A stretch of DNA of 64,000 nt, from positions 64,001-128,000 of the forward strand of contig CAWDXE010000005.1 in NCBI GenBank assembly GCA_963806185.1. Direction: 5' to 3'. Origin of the DNA: an uncultured candidate division Zixibacteria bacterium (GTDB lineage: Bacteria; Zixibacteria; MSB-5A5; GN15; FEB-12). The notes under the pieces are model-generated. The model had not been told where the DNA came from. It did not search any database and saw nothing but the letters and a program-made list of their open reading frames with translations. The translations under genes were made by a program, and so were the position numbers. Of this stretch, positions 1 through 7,719 are shown in pieces. Numbering within the stretch: the stretch's first letter is position 1; each line of letters opens with the position of its first letter.

Positions 1-121
1 TTGGTATCACCGGCCCGATGACGAGCAGATTGTCACTGGATGAAGCCGAGCCTACCATCATTACGATAACCGTGATGACACGCAGGAAGCGAGTAACGTG
101 CGACATTTGAGCCTCGGACAT
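1..121 (-). CDS. 5' end of a probably exported protein; runs off the window edge
   Basis: Open frame from ATG at 121 or 106: MSHVTRFLRVITVIVMMVGSASS, resembling a signal peptide. Confidence 0.4.
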   Translation of the reverse strand, partial: MSEAQMSHVTRFLRVITVIVMMVGSASSSDNLLVIGPVIP

Positions 122-169
122 GGTTGAAAGCTGAGTAGCAGGTCCAATGTCCAAGCGGTGGAGGAAGAT

Positions 170-790
170 GTCAAGGGGCCCCAACGGCCCTCACCCTGAA
201 GGGAGAGGGGGAAGAGGGGCAGCACATCGTGTCGGGTTTCTCCGCCCCGCTGACGCGGGACTCCGGAACCCGACCTACCCTATTGTCATACCAGCGAAAG
301 CTGGTATCCAGAGGAGGTCGTACTATGGCAAGGCGTGATGTCCCCATGGATTCCGGACCGTTGGTCCGGAATGACAAGACTCACTGTCAGGCTCACAGGG
401 AGCCTGACCTACTGCACTCCCAGAGACAGAGGGGACAAGAGAAGAGCCTATCGAGAGCGCAGTGAACGAATGCAGATTCGAGGTTGCTTCGTCCCCTTCG
501 GCTCCGCTCAGGGTCCTCGCAATGAGTAATTGCGATGATTCAGGGCAGAGGTGCATTGATGGGCGCCCGCTCAAGGCGGGCGTGACTTTAGGGGGAAGGC
601 GAACATGACATTGGACGGAGACCATATCCGCTGAGGCTGGCGCACGAGACGTACGCCGGCCACCGAAGAAAGCGTCAGGTCACACGCCGCGAGGAAGCGG
701 TGCAGGACCTGACGCAACGTGCACTGAAGGGATCAGGGCCCCATGGATTCCGGACCGTTGGTCCGGAATGACAAGTGAAGGGAGTCTGTT
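170..790. repeat. Cluster of mixed REP-like palindromic repeats
   Basis: CCCCATGGATTCCGGACCGTTGGTCCGGAATGACAA at 342-377 and 739-774; GTCATACCAGCGAAAGCTGGTATCCA near 285-310; CTAC-ended hairpins near 231-278 and 385-412; units shared with 44780-45290. Confidence 0.85.
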
Positions 791-809
791 GTTCTGGTCT
801 TAGCGAGGT

Positions 810-1748
810 TCAGCGGAGTTGGGAGACGTTGCGTCTGATCTGAACGCGCAGAGTTGAGTCGGGCTCGACCTGAGACATCCGTTCCAAAGCGCGCATAATC
901 TCGGGATTGATCGTCTGTCGATTGTTCACCGTCAGGTTGTACTCCTTGCCAAATATCCCCTGCAAGGCTGCGACGGCGGCCAGGCGAGCGTCCTTGTCAG
1001 CATGAAAGAGGCTTTCGAGGCAGAGCTGTTTCATCCGCTTGCGGTCGTCATCGGTGCCCACGGTACCGACAGTCAGACCGACCGTCCCGGCGAGAACGTC
1101 GAGCGCGACTTTCAACCCGACCGGATCCGGTTTGTTCAGCAGATTCAGGCAATACCCTGGCCCAGCGGGAGCCAGCAGGCCGGCGAAAGCGCTCTTGCGC
1201 AGATTGGGTGAGCGCGTCGTGTCGGCGAATACCGCAGACAGGCGACCAATATGAGTCGAATCGAGGGCATGCCACAGCATCATTTGAGTGATCATGTCGG
1301 CACGAAACGGATCGGGGATGGTCGTATCGGTCAGCAGTGTGTCGAGTCCCTTGACTACGGGCCGGCGGCTGAGTTCGGGCGCGGCTTTCAGCGCTTTCAA
1401 CGAAGTCAACGCCACGGGGAGGGTGTCGCGCAGACCGAGCAGCAAGCGATACACGCCGGCCGGCATAGTGGCGGCATTGTGCAAGCGGAGTTGCTCGTAG
1501 AGCGCGAGGCGGGAATCATCGGTCAGATCCTGCCGGCTCTCGAGTGCGGCGAGAAGGGCGATATTAACTGAATCATCCGGTAGTTTGGCGAGAGTATCGT
1601 TGAAGCTGGAGTGCGGATTGACGGCCAGGCTGTCGAGGGCCTGGGTGATTTTGTAGCGGGTGTATTCGGGGGAATCCGGATCGGGCTCGCCGGAGCAGGC
1701 CAGCAGTGCGAGAATTGTCAGGGCAAAGAGGAAAGAGATGCGCTTCAT
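810..1748 (-). CDS. Lipoprotein with helical HEAT-like repeats
   Basis: 312-aa ORF; signal with lipobox LLAC; Leu-rich helical repeats such as DARLAAVAALQ. Confidence 0.75.
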   Translation of the reverse strand: MKRISFLFALTILALLACSGEPDPDSPEYTRYKITQALDSLAVNPHSSFNDTLAKLPDDSVNIALLAALESRQDLTDDSRLALYEQLRLHNAATMPAGVYRLLLGLRDTLPVALTSLKALKAAPELSRRPVVKGLDTLLTDTTIPDPFRADMITQMMLWHALDSTHIGRLSAVFADTTRSPNLRKSAFAGLLAPAGPGYCLNLLNKPDPVGLKVALDVLAGTVGLTVGTVGTDDDRKRMKQLCLESLFHADKDARLAAVAALQGIFGKEYNLTVNNRQTINPEIMRALERMSQVEPDSTLRVQIRRNVSQLR

Positions 1749-1793
1749 AGAGCTATCCTCATATTGAAATACCCGAGTCGGCTGAACATCCGG

Positions 1794-2228
1794 TCAGGAA
1801 TCCTTCGAGTCGCGCTTGGCAAAGTATTTCATTTCCGGCATACAGGTGTACCCTGCTCTTTCAAAGGCGGCCATGGACGGCGCGTTTTCGTCGTGAATCA
1901 GGGCGGCGATGACGACCGCGCCGCGCTGCCGGAGAAAGGTCTCTCCTTCCCGTATCAGACGACCGGCCAGTCCGATGCCGCGATGGTCGGGATCGACAGC
2001 CAGTCGGTTGATCCAGCCGCGTCGGCCATCCCAACTTGCGATCACCACGCCAAGCATTCTCTGACTGTCAAACAGACCGAGGAAACAGGTCCCCGGGTAC
2101 TGCATCTCGCGGGCCATGCTATCACGGCTATCGCGACCCCTGGGGCGGTGTTCCAAACCGGCGTCGGCCCAGAGTCGGAGGATGGCCTGATAATCGTCGA
2201 TGGTCAATGGTCGGACAATCAATTCCAT
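1794..2228 (-). CDS. GNAT family N-acetyltransferase
   Basis: Start re-called at MELIVRPL; motifs GWINRLAVDPDHRGIGLAGRLI and N..S..FER.GY. Confidence 0.9.
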   Translation of the reverse strand: MELIVRPLTIDDYQAILRLWADAGLEHRPRGRDSRDSMAREMQYPGTCFLGLFDSQRMLGVVIASWDGRRGWINRLAVDPDHRGIGLAGRLIREGETFLRQRGAVVIAALIHDENAPSMAAFERAGYTCMPEMKYFAKRDSKDS

Positions 2229-2349
2229 AGTGGCAAGGCTCAGTAAGGTGCTCGCGCACGGTATCGCAATATCGGACGCAACAAGCGAAGCATATTCAAT
2301 TCTTTCGCCTGGCGGCAAGGGAATTCTGCAGGGCGGGCCGTCAACGAGC

Positions 2350-3037
2350 TCAGGGGTGCGCGGAGCGATAGGCGGTCTTCTCGTCGAGAATCGCTTCGAG
2401 TTGAGCCAGCGGGAAGGCGGAGGCGAAGGGTTGGTCGTTCCAGTGTTCGCACCCAGTGAACGACAGCGGGACACCTCGGACCGGGATGCCCAGTTGCATG
2501 GCGGTGCGCATACCGTTGGCCAGCATGAGCAGACAGGCGACGCCGACGATGCCGAGCTGGTCGGTCGCGGCGGCGTAGTGTTCGATCTGTTGTTCCAGCT
2601 TGCGCTTGGAGAAGACCACGTCGGTGCCATATTTCGAAGCGAGCCCCATGACGAGCGCGGCCTGGCAGTCGGGAGTGCATTCGCGGCAGCGGTCGCCCCA
2701 GGCAGTCATCGTCCTTCGGGCAGTCAGGGTTGTGAAGTGAGAGACAGTCGGGGAGGATAATGAGCGTGGAACGGGTCTGATTGAAAGCTTGTCGATTGGC
2801 CTGATCGTACATTTTGTAGGCGACCGCTTCGAGCAGGTAAAATTCCCTTGGCGTGCGGCGGAGTTCGTGATCGTCGCGCTGACGGGTGTCGGCGAGGGCG
2901 GCGCAGACGAACCGATCGACGTGGTCGAAGGCACCGGAAAGACGGTGGAAACCGTCACGGGTGAACGATGCGACGAAATCGGTTAATTGCCGGTCAAAAT
3001 CGGGTCCCAGGAGGTAGGTGGGTGGTTCGTGCGACAT
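2350..3037 (-). pseudogene. DUF116-like Cys-rich protein with an apparent +1 frameshift near 2715 (probably an assembly error)
   Basis: The 5' frame carries LIILPDCLSLHNPDC; the 3' frame carries CRECTPDC, GIVGVACLLML and GVPLSFTGC. Removing one base joins them. Confidence 0.75.
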
Positions 3038-3152
3038 GACTCAATATACCGAACGACCGCGAAATGGCGGCGAGTTAAAAAAAGATTGTTTCGGCAAGGA
3101 TAAGTTCTCTACATTCGGGAGGCAGGTGAAAATCTCATTACGGGAGGTGCGG

Positions 3153-3440
3153 ATGGAGCCGCAAGCGACACCAGTATTTTACAAGAACCCGGGTTTGGCG
3201 GCGGTCCTGTCATTTTTCTGGATGGGACTGGGGCAGATTTATAACGGTCAAATTGCGAAGGGGGTCGGGTTCATCGTGCTCTACGGTGCGTCGTGGCTGC
3301 TCATGATCGTACTGATCGGGTTCATCACCACTCCCCTGCTCTGGTTGTACGGCATCTGGGATGCGTACAAGTCGGCCGAGCGGATCAACCGAGAGATTTC
3401 GATGAGCGCCCCGAGGCCGCAGGGACCGGCAATCGGGTAA
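3153..3440 (+). CDS. Small TM2-like membrane protein
   Basis: RBS GGAGGT; motif KNPGLAAVLSFFWMGLGQIYNGQ. Confidence 0.85.
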   Translation: MEPQATPVFYKNPGLAAVLSFFWMGLGQIYNGQIAKGVGFIVLYGASWLLMIVLIGFITTPLLWLYGIWDAYKSAERINREISMSAPRPQGPAIG

Positions 3441-3455
3441 GGGCGGAATGAGCCG

Positions 3456-4424
3456 ATGGCGCGCCGCAAAGTGGTCCGCGTTGTTTTCCTTTTCATACTC
3501 ATACTCGTACTCATTTTTGTCGCCGGCAAACTGATCACCGACTGGCAGGTTCGGCGGGGGGCGGAGATGTATCCGTCCGACGGTCGTTTGCTGGAGGTGA
3601 ATGGGCTGTGGATGAATTACGTATCGGTGGGTGAGGGGTCGCCGATTGTGTTTATCCATGGTATGTCGGGGGTGCATCAGGATTTTCTTTTTGGGGTGAT
3701 TGATTCACTCCGGCAGGACCATCAGTGCATCGCGTTCGATCGACCGGGGGCCGGGTACTCGGGAGCGCCGCCACTCGACTCAATTTCCATTGGAATTAAT
3801 ACGCGGTACCTTCACGAGGCGATCAAGAAGCTGGGCATCAAGCGGCCGGTGCTGGTCGGTCATTCGTATGGCGGCGCCGTGGCGCTGGCGTATGCGCTCT
3901 GGTATCCGGAGGACGTAGCCGGCCTGGTGCTGCTGGCGCCGGCGGCGTATCCGGTAGACAAGCGGATCGAGAAGATTCTGCATCCCCTGCTCTGGACGGG
4001 AGCGACGCCCTTTCTGGCAGAGACGATCTATGTGCCGCTGAGGACGCTGGTTTATCCGTTCGCGGTCGACCGGTCGGCGACGCCGGATATGGTGCCGGCC
4101 GAGTATGTCCGGCTGAAGCAGCACATTAATATCGACCCGAGGAACTTCCTGGTACAGATACGGGAGCTGGAGACGCTGGACGAGAATCTGGCGCGGCTGG
4201 CGCCGGAGTACGGCAGGCTCACATTGCCGGTCACCATTATTGTCGGCGAGCAGGATCAGATACTTCCCCCTCAACAGCAAGCCATAGCGCTGGCGAAAGC
4301 TATCAAGCGGGCGAAGTTGGTGACGATTCCGCGCGCGGGGCACTTGTTGCCGCAATGCCGAGGGGCGGAAGTGGTCCCGTATATCCGGAACATGGCAAAC
4401 GCTGTGGCCGGAAAAGAAGATTGA
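3456..4424 (+). CDS. Membrane-anchored alpha/beta hydrolase
   Basis: N-terminal TM helix; HG oxyanion motif, DRPGAGYS, GHSYGG nucleophile elbow, AGH. Confidence 0.9.
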   Translation: MARRKVVRVVFLFILILVLIFVAGKLITDWQVRRGAEMYPSDGRLLEVNGLWMNYVSVGEGSPIVFIHGMSGVHQDFLFGVIDSLRQDHQCIAFDRPGAGYSGAPPLDSISIGINTRYLHEAIKKLGIKRPVLVGHSYGGAVALAYALWYPEDVAGLVLLAPAAYPVDKRIEKILHPLLWTGATPFLAETIYVPLRTLVYPFAVDRSATPDMVPAEYVRLKQHINIDPRNFLVQIRELETLDENLARLAPEYGRLTLPVTIIVGEQDQILPPQQQAIALAKAIKRAKLVTIPRAGHLLPQCRGAEVVPYIRNMANAVAGKED

Positions 4425-4454
4425 CCCTTTTGACCGCTTGGGTATATTGCCCCA

Positions 4455-5225
4455 ATGTTACTGGCAATTGATATCGGAAACACCAACGCCGTGGTCGGCA
4501 TGTATGACGGCGCAAATCTGCGCCAACAGGTACGGCTGGCGTCGCGGGCCAATATGACGGCTGATGAGGCGGGCTTTTTCATAACGTCGGTGCTCGAGCG
4601 GATGAAGGTGGCGAACGAGGCGATCGATCGAGTAGTGATCGGGTCGGTGGTGCCCGCGCTGACGTCGACGTTCGAGACGACTTCAAAGCGATTCTTCGGC
4701 TGCACGCCACTGGTGGTGTCGGCAGCGATCAACCTGCCTATCAAGATAGATATCGAGCAGCCGGGTCAGGTGGGGGCGGATCGGATAGCCAACGCCGTGG
4801 CCGGATTTGCCCGGTTTGGCGGACCGATCATCATTGTGGATTTTGGGACGGCGACGACGTTTGACATTGTCGACGAGCGGGGGGCGTATATCGGCGGAGT
4901 GATTATTCCGGGCCCGGAAACGTCGATGGCGGAGCTGGCGAAAAGGGCGGCGCGGCTCTTCGAGATACGCATAGAGAGGCCGGATCATGTGGTGGGCAAG
5001 TCGACGGCCGAGGCGTTGAAGTCGGGATTGTTTTACGGGACGATCGGGCAGGTTGATTTCATTCTGGAGAAGATTCTTACGGAGACCGGATTTGAGAAGC
5101 CGATGATCATCGCCACCGGGGGGTTGTCGAGCGGGATAGAGCAGCACTCCAGGTACATCGCGGCGACCGACGCGGCGTTGACGCTGGAGGGGCTCCGCCT
5201 GATCGCAGAGCACAATCGAGAGTAA
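4455..5225 (+). CDS. coaX: Type III pantothenate kinase
   Basis: Motifs IDIGNTN, GADRIAN, VDFGTATTFD and ATGG. Confidence 0.97.
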   Translation: MLLAIDIGNTNAVVGMYDGANLRQQVRLASRANMTADEAGFFITSVLERMKVANEAIDRVVIGSVVPALTSTFETTSKRFFGCTPLVVSAAINLPIKIDIEQPGQVGADRIANAVAGFARFGGPIIIVDFGTATTFDIVDERGAYIGGVIIPGPETSMAELAKRAARLFEIRIERPDHVVGKSTAEALKSGLFYGTIGQVDFILEKILTETGFEKPMIIATGGLSSGIEQHSRYIAATDAALTLEGLRLIAEHNRE

Positions 5226-5242
5226 TTGTCACAGGAGAGCGA

Positions 5243-5734
5243 ATGTCTACGACAACGAAGCATTATCTCGTCAATCACATCGCCACGATCCACGGCGCGA
5301 CCAAGCGACTGCTGGACGATGTGAAAGAAGAAGAATCGATGATTGTATTGGGGAAGACGCACAATCACATCAAGTGGCTGGCGGGGCATCTGGCGTTTAC
5401 CTCGACGCTGGCCGGCAAGACACTGGGCGGGACGCTCAGCTTCCCTGAGCCGTGGATGGATTTGTTTCGCCGCGGCGCCGAAGTGGAGAAGGACCTTTCG
5501 GTCTTTCCGCCGATGGATGAAGTGCGCAAGAAGCTTTACGATCTGTACTACGAAGTCGAGCAGCTCGCGGCAGGCGCGGACGACGCGTACCTGAATATCG
5601 AGCGCGAGATCGCGCCGAACTGGAAAGACGCGCCGGTGCAGGCAGTCCTGTTCCTGTGCGCGCACGATTTCTATCACGCCGGGCAGATTGCGATGATTCG
5701 CCGCCACCTGGGGCGCGACCGGATGTTCGGGTAA
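5243..5734 (+). CDS. DinB/YfiT family protein
   Basis: NHIKWLAGHLA and HDFYHAGQIAMIRR metal-binding histidines; RBS AGGAG. Confidence 0.9.
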   Translation: MSTTTKHYLVNHIATIHGATKRLLDDVKEEESMIVLGKTHNHIKWLAGHLAFTSTLAGKTLGGTLSFPEPWMDLFRRGAEVEKDLSVFPPMDEVRKKLYDLYYEVEQLAAGADDAYLNIEREIAPNWKDAPVQAVLFLCAHDFYHAGQIAMIRRHLGRDRMFG

Positions 5735-5770
5735 GCTGAGCGCTCCCACTTAACACAATACTCTTCTATT

Positions 5771-6024
5771 CACGGCAGGCCCACCAAGCACACAATGGCA
5801 GACCCGCCGTGTCCCCAATTCCCCCCTCGTCATCCGGGCGAAGCGAACAAAATGGAACTGCTCGCCGCCTCAACTGTACGGTCCGTCTCGTGACGGATAG
5901 TCAATACACAACGATTTAGCTGAACCGACTGCGGATCGACAGGAAATGGCCGGTCGATACCGCAGGATAGAGCGGCGGCGAAGTTGTCAATGTGATGTGA
6001 GGAGGGTAGACTCGCGAAAGTCTA
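5771..6024 (-). ncRNA. Candidate ~250-nt structured non-coding RNA
   Basis: Minus-strand promoter TTGCAT-N16-TATATT (6057-6030); nested helices whose mismatches are G-U pairs only on the minus strand; no credible ORF. Confidence 0.5.
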
Positions 6025-6110
6025 AAAACAATATAGACGGGGAGTGAGATGATGCAAGTGATTTTTTTGCCTGCGGCGGGCGATAAGGGGCAAAAAAATC
6101 TGCAAAGGAT

Positions 6111-6137
6111 TGAAACCAACGCGCGGATGGTTCGTTT
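6111..6137 (+). promoter_or_regulatory. ECF-sigma-type promoter
   Basis: TGAAAC-N16-CGTTT, matching the AAC/CGT consensus of SigW-like ECF promoters. Confidence 0.6.
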
Positions 6138-6142
6138 AAATG

Positions 6143-6250
6143 ACAAGATCGGCTGAACGCATCGGCCGATTCTGAACTTCGATTCCTGAAAGTTCCCAAC
6201 CACCCATTTCATTCACGCCGGCCGGTCCGCAAGGACCGGTCGGCGTTTTT
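6143..6250 (+). ncRNA. Candidate ~108-nt sRNA
   Basis: Downstream of the ECF-type promoter; two hairpins, a C/U-rich linker, then an intrinsic terminator. Confidence 0.55.
6216..6250 (+). terminator. Intrinsic terminator
   Basis: 13-bp GC stem, GCAA loop, T5 tail. Confidence 0.85.
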
Positions 6251-6313
6251 GTGTGCGCGTGAGGCGGCGGAAATGAGGACCAGACGGAGCGGCGTCTGGT
6301 CGGCGAAGAATCA

Positions 6314-7237
6314 TCATCCTTCGGCGTCAGCTTTTCTGCGTTGCGGGCGGAGCTGGATGGACCTGATCAGCTGGACGATTTCCGCATTCCGGAACGGCCG
6401 GTGGATGAGACCGTAGCCGCCGGCGGCTTTCACGAGTTCATCGCTCACGCGAAAGAGGGGATCGCTTATGAACACGACGGGCACGCTGAAGCCCTGATCG
6501 CTGGACCAGGCGAGAAGATCCAGTCCGGTCATATCCGGCAGGACGAACTCGACGATAAGCAAGTTGGCTCTATTGGTAGTCAGCATCACTTTGGCTTCCG
6601 CGCCGGTGGCGGCGGTATGGACGACGTAGTTGGCGAGCGTCAGGTCGCGACCGAGGATGATACGGGAGGCCTCGCAGTCCGAAACGAGAGCGATGTGTAC
6701 GACGTAGGTTGCGAAGACAGCGTTGACGCGGCAGAGAAGAAGTTCGGAGGTGAATGGTTTGGCGAGATAGTCCGCGGCACCGGATTCGATGGCTTTCCTG
6801 ACATAGCGGGGATCGGAGCAACTGGTCAGGACGATGACCGGAATTCGCTGGAAGCGCAGATTGGCTTTCATAAACTCGAGAAGGGCAAAGCCGTTTTCGG
6901 TAGGCATCCGCAGATCGGTGATGACCAGCGCGGTATCGGTGTAGGTTTGGAGGAGCTCCCGGGCTTCCGCGACCGAGGAGGCAGTGATCACGCGAAAGCC
7001 TTCGGGCTCAAGAACGGAGGCGGCCAGTTCGAGGACGGAAGGTTCATCGTCGACGCAAATTATGGTCCGGGCGTCGGCGGCAATCCGGCGGGCTCTTTGG
7101 CGAGCGGCGCGGTCGCCGGTCGCCGGAGTGGCAGCGACTTTCGTTTGCTGGCAGAGTTGTTCGGCCAGTTGAAGTCGCATCGACTCTTTTCTCGACTGAG
7201 AGTCGTCGTTTTGAAATGGGTGCTTCTCCGGGGCCAT
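6314..7237 (-). CDS. Response regulator with a receiver and a degenerate second receiver, no output domain
   Basis: First REC has VDDE, ITDLRMP, LTS and AKPF; second has VSDC, IVEFVLPD and HRPF. Confidence 0.88.
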   Translation of the reverse strand: MAPEKHPFQNDDSQSRKESMRLQLAEQLCQQTKVAATPATGDRAARQRARRIAADARTIICVDDEPSVLELAASVLEPEGFRVITASSVAEARELLQTYTDTALVITDLRMPTENGFALLEFMKANLRFQRIPVIVLTSCSDPRYVRKAIESGAADYLAKPFTSELLLCRVNAVFATYVVHIALVSDCEASRIILGRDLTLANYVVHTAATGAEAKVMLTTNRANLLIVEFVLPDMTGLDLLAWSSDQGFSVPVVFISDPLFRVSDELVKAAGGYGLIHRPFRNAEIVQLIRSIQLRPQRRKADAEG

Positions 7238-7539
7238 AGCGAGTGTCTCCCTCTTCAGCAGACCAGGCGGACGTCCACCATTACATACGCACGTGCTGCC
7301 GTGCCCGTCGCCCGGGGGATGAACGACAAGTCAGTCGGCGGTACATGTGCACCTGTGATATCGAGACCTTGGCTCGAGATCAGCAAGATCGGCGGTTGGC
7401 CGCTTTGCACTTTTCCGTTGATGGTCCTGAAGTCACGCTCGCATGGCAAAGATGGTCCGGGCCGTCGGCAGACAATTCGCGCCGGCCGGCCTGGGGACTC
7501 CATCCAGGTTTCCCCCGTGACTCATATCTCCAATGCAAA

Positions 7540-7566
7540 ATATCGGCATTTCGGGCGGAAGCTTGA
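7540..7566 (-). promoter_or_regulatory. Sigma-28 (FliA) promoter
   Basis: TCAAG-N14-GCCGATAT on the minus strand. Confidence 0.75.
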
Positions 7567-7663
7567 CATGGATATGGGAGGATACGTTGAGAGCAGCCTG
7601 ATCCGGCAAATTGCCCGGACGATCAGAGGCGCGACGAAATGATTATCCTTCCGGGCGGTGGGC

Positions 7664-7699
7664 AAAAAAAAGGAACGGAGGCACACAACTCCGTTCCTT
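7664..7699 (-). terminator. Intrinsic terminator of the first chemoreceptor
   Basis: AAGGAACGGAG/CTCCGTTCCTT stem followed by a T run on the minus strand. Confidence 0.85.
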
Positions 7700-7719
7700 G
7701 ATCGCAACGTTGACCGAGG

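Noticed and set aside
147..625. Short ORFs in the first repeat cluster
   Set aside because: They are translations of palindromic repeats with no protein motifs; the same applies to 45030-45218.
7255..7503. 82-aa ORF in the response-regulator leader
   Set aside because: No clear RBS or recognisable motif; it cannot be supported, though not excluded.
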